A DNA stretch of 58,270 nt, filler included, from Catajapyx aquilonaris (GCA_000934665.2; 4 parts of 4 records of this genome joined end to end with filler, not necessarily neighbours in it); one strand, 5' to 3'. Positions 12,941-25,514 are shown, counted from the first letter of the whole stretch. Numbers and translations are program-made. The notes: generated by a model from the letters alone, not told the origin.

Positions 12941-13283
12941 GGAAGGCGTGGAGGCCGAGATGGTAACGTCTCGGCTTGCTGTGCGGAAGGTCCCGGGTTC
13001 GATCCCCGCCCGGGAGTTCCCTTTCGCCTGCGCCAGTGGGTCTCTGACGCGCGCCTAAGGAGGCGTCTTGGCAACCTAGCCTTCTGGGGGACTGCACATG
13101 ACCCTTTTCAAACATTGCACTTGCACCAGTGTCCCCTCCCCAAAAATCCCCATCCTTACCCTACACCTACATCCTTAAAGTCCTTGCACGGAGTTCGAAG
13201 AATATAAGAAAAATAGATTCAAATGGTGGTAATCCACCCACCTAAGAGAGCACTGCTCTATCACGGGGTAAAATTAAAAAAAA
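12941..13283 (+). mobile_element. tRNA-derived SINE with a different head but shared body and tail
   Basis: GGCCGAGATGG A box, GGTTCGATCCC B box, body GGGACTGCAC...CATTGCAC...GCACCAGTGTCCCC, tail TCACGGGGTAAAATTA(n); 12-bp TSD ACAATTAGGTGG at 12929-12940 and 13284-13295. Confidence 0.85.
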
Positions 13284-14000
13284 ACAATTAGGTGGAAGAC
13301 TCCAGAGCATATTATCCTGCGTCACTGAAGAAGTTTTTATCGTTACCACCTTTATAAAAAGCATAATTCAGGACAGGTCACATCATGCCGGGTGTATAAA
13401 GAATAAACTCATTCCTCATCCCATCCAAAATGTTTCTCTCCGTATTTGCATGGGCTGATAGGAGATTCTCCCGTTTCCTTCTACTGTACTTTCCAAAAAT
13501 CTCTCTTCCCCTTCTTCGGTCTCAAGTGTAGGATACACATTTTGCTCTCTTCCTTTCCTGATCCCTCGTTACTTGGTCATTATTACTCTGTTACAGCGAG
13601 AAAATGGCCACCTTCGGGAACCCGAACGCCTACTTCCAATGAACCACCGCTACCAACAACTTTCCCAAATCTATATTAGACGGAAAAAAGCAATGCGCCA
13701 GACCACGGTCGAGGAGTGTTTGTCATTCTCCATAATATTCCACCTACTACTGTATCGTGTTTGTTGCATACTGTATCCACTGGAAGTTATCGCAGTCCCC
13801 ACTAGGCGCGTCACCTCTCTGGCCCGCATCAACCCGTATCCCTGCTAAGTCCCCTCCCCACCGCACCCCTTCCACCAGATGGTTCTCCACACATTGCCAG
13901 GTGGCGCACCTGTACAGTTACTGGTAGGGGCCCTAGACGTGTCTCTAAAAAACGTCTCCAGACAGCGCCACCTCCAAACCTCCAAACCACAAAAGCACAA

Positions 14001-14482
14001 TAGTCCGGGGGTTAAGGACGAGAAATGAGCTGAACTATGCATTTTGTGAATAAAAGGTGCCGCTTTGCACATAAACTAATTCGACCCTTCCGAACATTTC
14101 TGGAAGGGGCGCCAATCGAAAATCGGATGCGGACGGCCGCCATCTTGAAAAAATGGCGGCGAAAATTGGTTTTCTTGATTTATCTCGTGAATGGCTGAAT
14201 GAATGCGGATTTATGATCAGGCCATATTGACAGAATGTACGATTCTACATATATTCGATCCCTATCATTTCTTTGCAGAGCGAACCGCTACAAAGATATC
14301 GCCGATTATAATGACCCCTCATATCCACTCATGGAGTTTTTTAAGGAGATGAACTATGCATTTTGTGACTTAAAGGTGCCGCTTCGCACATAGACTAATT
14401 CGACCCTCCTGAACATTTCTGGAAGGGGCGCCAATCGAAATTTGAATGCGGAGGGGGGTAGGGGGTACACGCGTGCCCCCCC
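14001..14482. mobile_element. DNA transposon end with about 320-bp-period subterminal repeat, cut by the spacer
   Basis: A block of about 90 bp at 14031-14121 is repeated at 14350-14441; putative TAGTC terminus at 14001. Confidence 0.5.
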
Positions 14483-14582
14483 NNNNNNNNNNNNNNNNNN
14501 NNNNNNNNNNNNNNNNNNNNNNNNNNTTAATTAATTAANNNNNNNNNNNNNNNNNNNNNNNNNNNNNNNNNNNNNNNNNNNN
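14483..14582. other. Artificial contig spacer (44 N + TTAATTAATTAA + 44 N)
   Basis: Six-frame stop linker inside an exactly 100-nt gap. Confidence 0.95.
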
Positions 14583-16653
14583 GTCGCACTAGCTCTCTAT
14601 TCCAGACTGAGTGTTATTACATCCTCCCGCTAGGAGGCAGTCTTGCTACAATTACTCGCTAGGCGGCAGTATATGACACTATTCCAAATGTTTGCAATGG
14701 CAATGCCATCAATATCAATAATTTAATTGCCCTCGCACCCAGTAATTAGTCTGACAGCCAAAACCAGGAACTTCTGATCACCCTGTGCACTGTAAACAAG
14801 CACATGTACTGTATTTGCAGCTGACATGTCGACAGAAGGTGAAGTAAAGGTATAATATTACTTTTTTTTTTCTTTTTTCAGTCATATCCATTTTATATAA
14901 TATATTTAGGATAAAGCGTGTTTGACCCATGTGTAACACGGCCTGTACCAAAAGATACTATGATGGGCTGAGAACAAGCAACAAGCTCAATATTATTGAA
15001 CTGGAACATTCTGCTGCATAATGTAGGCTACTTTTATTATTATCTTATTACGTTTGGCACCACATGTCATATTATTATAAATGTTATTACATCCAGGCAG
15101 CATTACCTGTAGAAATTTGAATATTTTTCTCAATTTCCACCAGCTGGGGTGTGATTATTCGGTGTCGTCTCTAAACCTTTACTCGTCTCATTCAGCAAAA
15201 TATTATTGCCTTTCCTTGCAAAGATATCTGCTTGACACCCACGCACACATCTTAATCATGAGATCACATAAGGATTTAAGTCAACATCGGCATCGACAAG
15301 ACAATGCCGCACCTTGCCAGCTAATCGCTTTTTAAATAAGTTATACAGCAACAGTAAAAGGTTATTCAATTTAGCAACAAAAAAGTTTATAACAAGATAA
15401 TGTTCAAAAACGCTAAGGCTTTAAAAGCATCACCTAAGGACATCAGCAAAGGAAACAGGATAAGATTTTATAGAGCAACAATATTATGTCTTTCCTTGTG
15501 ACGCTGCTGTCCTTATGTATCTGATCCTGACCTTGAAGTAATCATATAAGTAACTGTATGAACCGTCACAACAAGCAAGAAGGTACCGGTGAAGTGATTC
15601 AATAGGGGACCTTCAACCAAGTATAAACGGTCCGTATTTTACGGGTTCTATAGTATATCACTCACTTCAATAATAATATGGATCCGGGTTTCGTGGACTG
15701 TATTTCTCGAAAAATACCTGATATCCTCTTTATTTTTCGTGAAAAATGCAAGAAAATTAAGCAAACCCTTTATTGTCTCGTTTAAAAACAACAGCTTAGA
15801 TTAACAATTTCAAAAGCATTATTATATGGTTGATAAATTGCATTAGTAACATTTACATTAGTAATGTCAATTATGTGGCATCTTCTGAGTTACGTTTCTG
15901 TCTCATACAAAACTTGGGGCCGTTCATTGTTTGTCAATGAAGATAGCCCACAAAAGCATTGCGACAGTCAGATAATGAGTTCACGTGTGGTAGTGATGTC
16001 AGTCATTTTTTGACAATTTTCACAAGAGTTATCATAATCAGAATCTGACATTTCATCTCCCCATAATCATACAGATACAGGTACAAATACGGTACATATG
16101 TATATTTTCCCTTTATTATCACTCCACATTTCTACCGTACATCTGTAAACAAAACAGTTGACCCATTCCCTCCCACATTTAAAAAAAAAGTCCCTGCAGG
16201 CATGTCAAATGCTGACAATGTCTTGACCCTATCCTTTAGACATCAGGCATTTCCTCCCCTATGTTATCGGACACACTGGCCTCCATTCAAATCTTCGCGC
16301 CCTATTTATTTATTTATTTTCACAAAACCGACGCTGAGTTTAACGTCCTGATGGAAAGGGTCAGAAGGTACCCCCATAACCCTATCTATCTGAAAGGACT
16401 CCTGAATGATCCAATTCACAGCCACCTCCTCATCCGCACCCCCTATCCTCATCCATAGAGATAAGTCGTCTGGCAGTAGACATGGCAACCTTCACATACG
16501 CGGAGGTTGCAAAATTCGTTTCACATCAAGGCGAGATGGGTAATCAGTAACAGCGTCGGATTGAGTCCGGTTTTGGAGATATATCAGGTGGCTTGATTGT
16601 GGAGAGGTCCTTTTAGCTACAGGGGCGAGACCTGTGCTGACGGTGCTGGAGTC

Positions 16654-19600
16654 ATGGCTGTGTCCAGAGGTGTGCCCATCTTCATTGGTGTTCTTGGAGC
16701 CGTGGTTGCTGTGCTGGCCCTGGTGCTACAATACTATGGATTCCATCAGCTACTGGTTCTTGAGATTAAGAATGTAAGTCCCATTGAACACATTTTTTTG
16801 TGAGGGGGAGTGGCAGTATGGGGCTGACTATTGTTGTGGAAGAGACATGGCTGGAATGAAATTGTGCGGTATTAGTAGTTAAGAAGGAAATTATGCAGCT
16901 TCCAACTGATTATGATATAACAGAATTTTTTGCAATGTTTCTATATATGGCAGTGCGAATGCCCTGGCCTATTGATAATTCCGACAGGGTGTCCCTGCCT
17001 ATCTAGTCCAGCATGGTTATAGGTGTAAGGCCAGCTGATAAGTCTATTCTGACAAGACCACATAACGAAGATGTACATAACTTTTGAAATATGCCTACTG
17101 TTACAGGTGATCCATGACGCATAATTTATTACACCTTGTAGTAAAGTCATACGTGAATTCTTACATGCGTGTAACTTGTGCGTAGAATGACCATCTGCTA
17201 GAGTGATTGATTTTCCAAACGATATCTGTAAGCCCAGTAATCTCTTGAGTCAATCTCTCGACAATCTCTCAGTCAATTGTGCGTAGGATTAGGTAAGCAT
17301 TTGATACACAAAGGTACACTGTCGTGCTTAGAACGCCGAGAGAAAGTTGTCAAATGCCTTTGAATGGTGTGATAAATTTTTGTGACATATACTTTTAAGA
17401 TAGGTCATTCCGGTGCCACATGGTGCAAAATGTTGACCTCGAATTTCATATTTGGCATGTATGTAATATATTGGGGCCTGCAAAGCGAAGACCGCATTTG
17501 TCATTAATACCACCTTATGCACAGTGATACGGATGACACGCAAGGTCGTAAAGTATTAATGAAATAATCCGCCACACTTGTACAGTCGCGTCGTGCCAAT
17601 AATATAATTAATCCATGGAATCTATAATATTCACTACTTTTTCAGTGTAAAGTAATCAGTGACTTTCATAAATTATGCTGAGATGCATTAATGCGTTATT
17701 TTGTAGGTTAAGTAACTTTTCGGCAATTTTGTTCTCTTTATTGTAATTTACAAATAATTGTGCCAGCTCAGGCTATTAACATTTTCCAGAGTTAGGAATT
17801 TTGAAATATTACAATCTATGTGCTTGACAGGGCAATTTTGTTCTCTTTATTGTAATTTACAAATAATTGTGCCAGCTCAGGCTATTAACATTTTTCAGAG
17901 TTAGGAATTTTGAAATATTTCAATCTATGTGCTTGACAGGGCATATGAATATTTGAAATGGTGGTGTCGGTTTGGCACTTTCAAAGTGAAAGTAATGAGA
18001 AACTGAGTTGGGAACCATGAAATAAACATTTGCTTTACTCTTTAACTTAAAATTCGGAGTGATCCTTAATTCAGCTATACTGTTATGTTTCATTCTTTTT
18101 GCCAAGCAAATGCCTCTGACAAAATTAATATAATTTCAGGCCGTCTTATCTTGATCAAAAGGAAATTAGTGTGGAGGTTATCTGCAAGTTCAACTGGGGT
18201 TTCACATGTTTTAGGCTGGATTAAAACAGAAATTTCAGTGATTGTCGCCGAATTCTATCATGTCAGCTGCCTATATTTGTAACTAACTTGCACCTCCTTT
18301 ATCGCTTAGTGAAATTTACCTGCATATTAATAATTACAATCGGTTTGGGCAGGATAGAGTAGTATATCATACCATACATATTTAATTGATAAGGGGGTAG
18401 AAGACGTCTATCCAGTCCCGAAACATCGCAACTCCGCATTAATTGTCATAAATATTTCGGGTGTCTCATCGCTTCTGCACAGATTTGTGTCGGCACATTT
18501 AGGGATTGCTTATACCGTATTTTCCATTTGAGGGTATGATCTGGATCGACATGTCTATTATCTTTAACGACCACTACTCGGTCGATGACCATGATTTAGC
18601 TGTCCAAGCAGAAGTGTAATAATCTCATAATTTGTACAGTACTGTGTTATTCTTGCCACTACAAAGCATTTTGGCACTTTCTATAACTGTTGACCAACAT
18701 TAGTTTTTTCATAGAATCACCCAATTGTCATATGCAATGTGCTGCCAAATCATCTTAAATAACCAACTGATCACCTGCGATGTGACGCAAAAACATCGTT
18801 ACTTGATACTGTACGTCCCTCATGATTGTAAACTAATAACTCCAGGGATATAGTTATGAGACCTGCAACTCAAGGACATGATTTTATCGCACTGGAAGGG
18901 TCGAAGTAAGGCGACAGGGGAGAGAAAAAAAAGCCGAGCCAAGTAACATAATCTACCTCGTGTGACTCGTACTACTATCACAGGCTACACAATATTTCAC
19001 TTGCAAATGGTCACTATAAGTGCAGATAATTCATCGATGGCTTGACGTCTAGTCAGATTATAATTTATTGATGTGTCAACATATTTTCAAATCTTTTCCC
19101 AGGTGGTACTGATAAGAAGGAGACGTTACTAGCTATCCGCGTGCCTTTACTAAATTGCACATTAAGATATTGTGTTACCCGAATGAAATCCTGGTTTTGA
19201 TTACTTTTGACGCAACGATTGACCTCCCAGACGTCCTATAAGTGTCTTGACATATGATAACTCTAATCTTCCGGTGGGAAAAACGCTATTGAAGGTGTCA
19301 GAACGCGATAAGCTACCGTGCACTGCGGCGCATGTCCTTCTCGACAACATTTCGTGCTAATATGAAGGAAATTTATATTTCTATATGCGTATGGGTATTC
19401 AGCTGTATTTTTCAGTAACATGTCCTATATCTATTGCTTGTACGATATTGTCCATATTGACAACACTCGTAGGACTAAAAGTTTGACATCTCCTTTTTAA
19501 CATGTTGAGGTATTTAATGCGATACAGTGTAATATCCTTTCTTTTCATCATACTACAAGTAGAGTATGTGGTAAATACAGAAGTTAATGAAAATTGCCAA

Positions 19601-22600
19601 TGAAAGGAAGTGCATTAGTCACATCCGGTTGACTTCGTCCATTTATTGTGTAAAGATAAAACAATTTTTTGAAAGCCAACGCAGTATTTAGAATTTAAAC
19701 GTTAGTTAAATGAGATTTTAATAGCGCTTATTTTTATGTCGTTAAGGTTCATGTAGTTGGCGACTTTGCGCTATTTGCTGGAGAGGAAAAAGTAAGGTGA
19801 AGTAGGGTATAAGTGCATACACGGGGCCGCCATATTGGAGTGAAAATGGCTGACGACACCAAAACACGTCAGGCACTCTTTTGTGTAGCTGCACATCACA
19901 TCCCCACAAGAGGTGAGCATGTCAGCCATTTTCATTCCAATATGGCGGACAGTTTATGCACTTACCCCGTGTATGCACTTACCCCACTTCACCTTATGAG
20001 GTTTTCTAAACAGCAGTCCCACGTTAGTGAAATAATGCCTCATTTTTGTTGCGAAGTATTCTGTACGCTTAATGCGATTGTATTTATTCTTTGACACTGA
20101 CTCTTTTACATATTTTACTTAGAAAATAAAATAATCAGTGTTTTGTCAAGTGTCTGCTTTATCACGTACGGCAAAAAATGACACCTAACTCATGGGGTTT
20201 TCTTCTTTAATTTTAGACCCTGCCATTGAAGGAAGGATCACAATACTGGGACATATGGAGGAAAACACCTATTCCTATTCTCATGAATTTCTCAATCTTC
20301 GAAGTGACGAATGGGCATGACGTTATTGCTGGCAAAACACCCATCGTCAAGGAAGTTGGTCCATTCGTTTACGAGTAAGGAATCGTGGTTCTGTAAATCA
20401 GAACTTGTTCTTTTACCCACGACTTAGCCTAAATTATTAATTGCAACGTTGGACTTAAAATTTGTTCCTTAATTTACGAAATTGCAAAGTTTATTAAAGT
20501 GTACGCTTTTTTTTGCTTCATTTAGTGGCTGTAAAGTGCAAGCCTGCCATATTTATTTCGAGCTTAGGGGGGATGCACGTCTGCCATCTGCCATAATGAC
20601 TGAATAGCGAATAAAAAGTGATGTTTTTTTTTACAACCATACGATGTAGTGTGCTGATACTTGGATAAAATTTCTTATCAATAATGATTGTGTTAGCAAT
20701 GCATCGAGTTGTTCATACCTAAGGTTTATCATTCTTTGTGATATCACATGCCCCTTTTCTCCGTTTACGCCATGACATGCGAGAGGTTACAACTGTAACA
20801 AGCCTTTTGTTAGTTTCATTGTTGAAAGTCATTGTTGCCCTTTGTGACGCCTCTGGTTGAGAGAACTACATTTGACTTGCTAAACAGAAACACACATTTG
20901 ATTCACGCTCAATATCTTTGTTTCCGTTTAAATAGTAAGAAATCATCCGGTAATTAAAAGTTTCCTAACTTACATTTTCAGAGAAATCCGGGAGAAGCAA
21001 AACATAACCTTTCACAACGAAGATGCCACGGTGTCTTATTACCAGAACATCATTTTTAAGTTCAGAAGGGACCTGTCCTGTTGCGACGAAAACCATAATG
21101 TGACTATTATCAACGCACCATTGGTGGTAAGCTCAATTTTCATTGCCATCAGAGAAAGGCATACCAATGTTTGATGTCCGACATAATTCTCAGTTCAATC
21201 TCGGGGCACCATGTAGATGGTGGCGCCACTGTTTCAGAAGGTATCAGGATGGCACATAGCCGCTCGGACATTGGCTCACATGGCTTTAAATCAGTTTAAT
21301 GCAACTCTGTTCATTCAGAAACAAGTGGGCGAGATTCTTTTCAAGGGATACTACGAACCGATGTTGGCTCAGTTGGAGATCATAAATAGGGTCAAGCGTC
21401 TCCATGACAGGAAATTTGGTTTCCTCTACCCTGTAAGTGGCCTCTGCGGAATAAAGGCCTGTTGAGTCGCAGAAAATGCAGGGATGGTTAATGAACGGTG
21501 TGATAAGTCAAAACACCCGCGAGATAACATGAAAGCCACGTTGCATCAGTCAAGGTACATGATTTAACCAGGGATTAATGGATGTCATTGTTGGGAAACA
21601 AACATGCACCAGTTTAAATCCTGATTAGATAATATACCATGACTTGTGCAACCAGGACATAATAAGAAAATTGCATGAGAGTAGCCTACTGCTGCTGTTT
21701 ACCTATTATGCTATTAACCCATTAACCGCTTCTAACACAGTATGACAAAATCTTGCTCTGATGAATAACAAGTAATTCTTGCATATCATGTATGCGGTTG
21801 AGATGTTCGCGGTTATGATATGAGAACGACAAACACCAGACGCATAATCTCTGAATATCAACGAGAGCGACAGGATTGCCTGAGGATATGGACATTAATA
21901 TGTATTATACATCATAGAATATTCTAGGAAAAATTTCTCCAGTAACTTATTGTTAGTTGCGCGTGTAGTTAGATTCGAAGGGGAAGGGTTCAGGGGAGTG
22001 GAATAGCACACTTATTTTATTTATTTATTTATTTATTTATTTTACCCCGGTGGGCACGATGGCCATTGGGGGGAGACAAAACCAAGAGTACAGGCAACAG
22101 CAAGAAAATGTTTACTCTCGGAAAAATAGAAAAAGAATTAGTAGGGGAATAGCACACTTATGTTGTGTTGAAGCTACATAAGTTAATGCCAAGGTCAATT
22201 ACTCAACAGTAATTGACTTTGGCATTAACTTCTGTAGCTCAATATTAGTATTGTTCCTCCAATGCCTCATTATTTCATACTGAAATTATTAAAGAGAATT
22301 ATAAGTTACTGTCATCAGGTGACTACCAGACGGACATAATATCTGAGAGACCAATAAATCCCCCACGATATAGACACTATAACTCCGTCTACGCAGGATT
22401 TCCACAGAGCCACAAGCATGTATGTCACACAGCTTGCTTATTTGTATGATATTATAACCCATCCTGTATGGGTGTGTTTGCATGTGTGTGAGAGAGAGGG
22501 ACTGAGCCAGCTTTTTTTTAACAAGTTGCACCTAGGTTGCACTAGGTGTATTCTATGCACGATTCAATGAAACCCCTTTTTCCATGCCAGAGCCTGCTTT

Positions 22601-24751
22601 TAAACTAATGTAGACTAAGAACTGGTTGCAAGAACGATAGGAAATTCGATTCAAGGGATTAATCCTTTGGGAATAACATGGATCAACCACTTGTTCCGAA
22701 TTTCTAAGGGCCAGTTGTATGAAATCAAATTAGTAAAAATATCTGCTTATGTGGAGGAACTCACAATGCATAATCCGACATAATAATTTATTGGAGATAT
22801 ATTCTTCATAATTTGAATTTATACAACCGGTGCCAAAATGCAGGCAGCAAGAATGTGTCAAAAAATCATACATTTTTACAATCCTAAATCAGCTTGTTTT
22901 ACGACATAACATGAATTGGCTTATATCATTTAGTGCATTTGGGCTAACTAACAGTAGTACTAGAATCAGTAGTTGCATTACAGTGATGACACTGAGGGCT
23001 GGTTTCACCAAGCCCGGTTTTGATAAAACCCCTGTTCTTTTGAAAAATCCTTACAAATACAGTAGAATAGGGATTTTCCGAAAGAACCGGGGTTTTATTA
23101 AATCCAGACTTGGTGAAACCGGCCCTGACTGTCAGCGTCACCTCGACGCCATTTGTAGCCTGGAAGCAACATTACTAACCCACCTTTCTGCTGCATAACC
23201 CTCATTAACACTCACCATTTCCTTCCCAGGGAGCTATAGAAATGTTACGACTAATTATTAGTCCTGTGGATAAATGGGCTTACGATATACTTATCCCGCA
23301 CGAGAAATTACTTAAGGAGGAAAAAGCAGGAGACTTACTCTTTCACGGATGGGATGTGAAGGATTTCCTGAGAGCCTTAGAATTGGCCATTGGTGCCAAT
23401 GTATCAATTCCTGATCACATGATTCCTCCAGAGGTCCAGAATCCTTCCGGAAAATTCTCCGTCTTTGGAGCAGTGAGTCATCAGACCTACCGTACTGTAC
23501 CTGCACCGCGTCGTTGTCGTGTTCGCTTCCTGTATGATTAATGTTCACCTGCATTTTCTCGTTTCAATGTGCCTGTATATGCTTCAGTTCCTTTGTGTCC
23601 TTTCCATATTTCGTTGTATTAATCAATTGTGTTGCAGAGAAACAACAGTAATGATGGCCGGTACCGAGTATATACTGGCGCGTCTGATATTCACAAGTTT
23701 ACTGTGATTAAAGAGTGGAAGGGACATTCGAGTGTGGATGTCTGGGACAATGATACATACTGCAACATGATCAATGGCACCGATGGCACTTCGTTTCCTC
23801 CACTGGTTCAAAAGGACACCATTATATACAGCTTTCTGTCGGATGGGTGCCGGTACGTGTTCATACCCTCGACTTACAGATTTTGAATCCTAATCATCAT
23901 GATATTTTCAGGTCTCTGTATGCGACGTACAAAAATGATGTAATTGTCAAGGGCATCCCCGGATACCACTTTGTAGCGCCTGCGGAACTGCTGGCCTCAC
24001 CTGAAGAAAATCCGGCCAACAAGTGTTTTTTTCCGCCGAGTGGACCCAATAACAGGACCCTTCCTTCCGGAGCCCTAAACATGACCATGTGCAGAGGAGG
24101 CCCGGTCATCCTGACCTTACCTCACTTCCTGAACGCAGCTAAGGAACTTCAAGAGGGCATTAAGGGACTGAATCCTGATCCAGAGAAGCATGAGTCATTC
24201 ATCGATATCGAGCCTGTTAGTACATAAAACAAGGTCATATTTAGACTATCCACCTTGTAATCCGCACAACAATTTCAGACATCAGGTCAGCCCTTGCAAG
24301 CAGCTAAACGCGTCCAGCTCAACATCGATCTTAGGAATTTCACCGATTTGAATGAGTTCAGGAATATTACGAACGTGGTATTTCCATTGCTTTGGATTAG
24401 CGAGGTAAGGACTCTTTCTATTGGTAGTCGTAATTGATAGGATGTGGGGAATGGAAGAAAAGTGGGAAAAGATTTCATAACCAGAAGTTTCTGACAGTTA
24501 AAATGGTTGGTGGAACTGGGCATAAGTGCAATATTTACAATATCATGTCTGTTGTGTGAGATCACTTAATGACATTCTGATTTCAGGGTGGAGGATTGGA
24601 TGATACATACGCTACTCTGGTCAAGCATCAAATAATAACCCCCCTGGCCATCATGGATGCTGCAGGATGGGTCTTGCTGGCAATTGGGGCTGTTCTCATC
24701 CTAGTTGCCTTCATTGTTCTTAAAAAGTGCACCAGGCCCGCCAAGGTGTAA
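16654..24751 (+). CDS. Class B scavenger receptor (CD36/SR-B/SNMP/croquemort family), complete gene
   Basis: GT-AG, phase-compatible exons 16654-16773, 20217-20374, 20982-21126, [21217-21432 OR 23230-23472], 23638-23852, 23912-24215, 24279-24404, 24587-24751; 482 or 491 aa. N- and C-terminal TM helices; family motifs EVGPFVYEE, CNMINGTDGTSFPP, TLPHFLNA, DIEPTSG.PL.AAKR.Q.N, FPLLW..E. Confidence 0.95.
17722..17943. repeat. Tandem duplication, 2 x about 109 bp, in SR-B intron 1
   Basis: GGCAATTTTGTTCTCTTTATTG...GTGCTTGACAG repeated almost identically. Confidence 0.9.
19793..19996. mobile_element. Palindromic MITE in SR-B intron 1
   Basis: TAAGGTGAAGT...ACTTCACCTTA termini and inner CCGCCATATTGGA/TCCAATATGGCGG arms. 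Confidence 0.7.
21217..21432 (+). CDS. SR-B exon 4A (candidate mutually exclusive exon)
   Basis: Phase 0/0; encodes ...LFIQKQVGEILFKGYYEP...KFGFLYP; donor GTAAGT; acceptor at 21216, with a second in-frame AG at 21237 also possible. Confidence 0.85.
22016..22145 (-). mobile_element. 5'-truncated non-LTR retroelement insertion with (TAAA)n tail
   Basis: 16-bp TSD GGAATAGCACACTTAT at 22000-22015 and 22146-22161; 3' end CCGGGGTAAAA like the SINEs. Confidence 0.8.
22996..23125. mobile_element. Harbinger-type MITE about 100 nt upstream of exon 4B
   Basis: GGGCTGGTTTCACCAAG...CTTGGTGAAACCGGCCC, TGA TSD. Confidence 0.8.
23230..23472 (+). CDS. SR-B exon 4B (candidate mutually exclusive exon)
   Basis: Phase 0/0; encodes ...LLKEEKAGDLLFHGWDV...KFSVFGA; TACTAAC branch point at 23173-23179, polypyrimidine CAG acceptor, GTGAGT donor. 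Confidence 0.85.
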
Positions 24752-25514
24752 AGTATTAAAGAAGGTAATGCAAATTTTAAAATAATCTTAATCTCAAACC
24801 GTATTGTGACCGAATTATTTTTTTAAATTTCAGGACCGTAAAAGTATTTTGAGCTTGTCCACGTCTATGGGATGCCTGATCCAAGTTCCTCACCTTCGAC
24901 CTACAAGTTATACCTCAACCCACAGTTGCCGTGGAGGCGTGGACCACTGTTTGTAAAGCTCGGGGTTACAGAGGTCATACTGTACATGTACATTATTTTG
25001 CTCAGCTGTTATGTTTGAAAATATATGATGTTGAGATTATGAGCAACTTGTAATATTATTCATTGTATGTTCGTTGCCACATGTGGCGATGCCATGATTT
25101 TATTTGCAATTTTTTTAAATTCTGAGAATAGGTGCAGCACAGTGGCGTCGCTAGTGTTGTTGTCACCCGGTGCGGCAACTCGTGGTGTCACCCGCCCCCC
25201 TCCACCCCCCTGTCCCAAGGGCCAGGACCCTCTCCCGTGCCCGACCGTACAGAATACTTGGTTATTTTTTAGTATTAATGAAGCTCTCATGTATATCATC
25301 AAGAGTGATATCATTGATTGCCATGTGAATAGTTGTCATGAAAAGAACAAAATTTAAAGGTGTACGAGATGTGATCGAAAAGTTCCCGGACTGTGTTCAT
25401 GAAAACATAAACATTTGCCACCTTCAAAGTAGCAAGTATAGTCACCTTGGGCACGTATACAACAATTCCAGCGAATTTCCCATTTTTGGAAGCACCAAAA
25501 AAATTGGGCAACAG

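Noticed and set aside
13305..13385. Hammerhead ribozyme around CTGAAGA
   Set aside because: No correctly placed GAAA core or closing stems.
22590..22720. Possible third decayed SR-B exon 4 copy (EIRFKG resembles EILFKG)
   Set aside because: Stops in frame on both sides, no usable splice sites, similarity too short.
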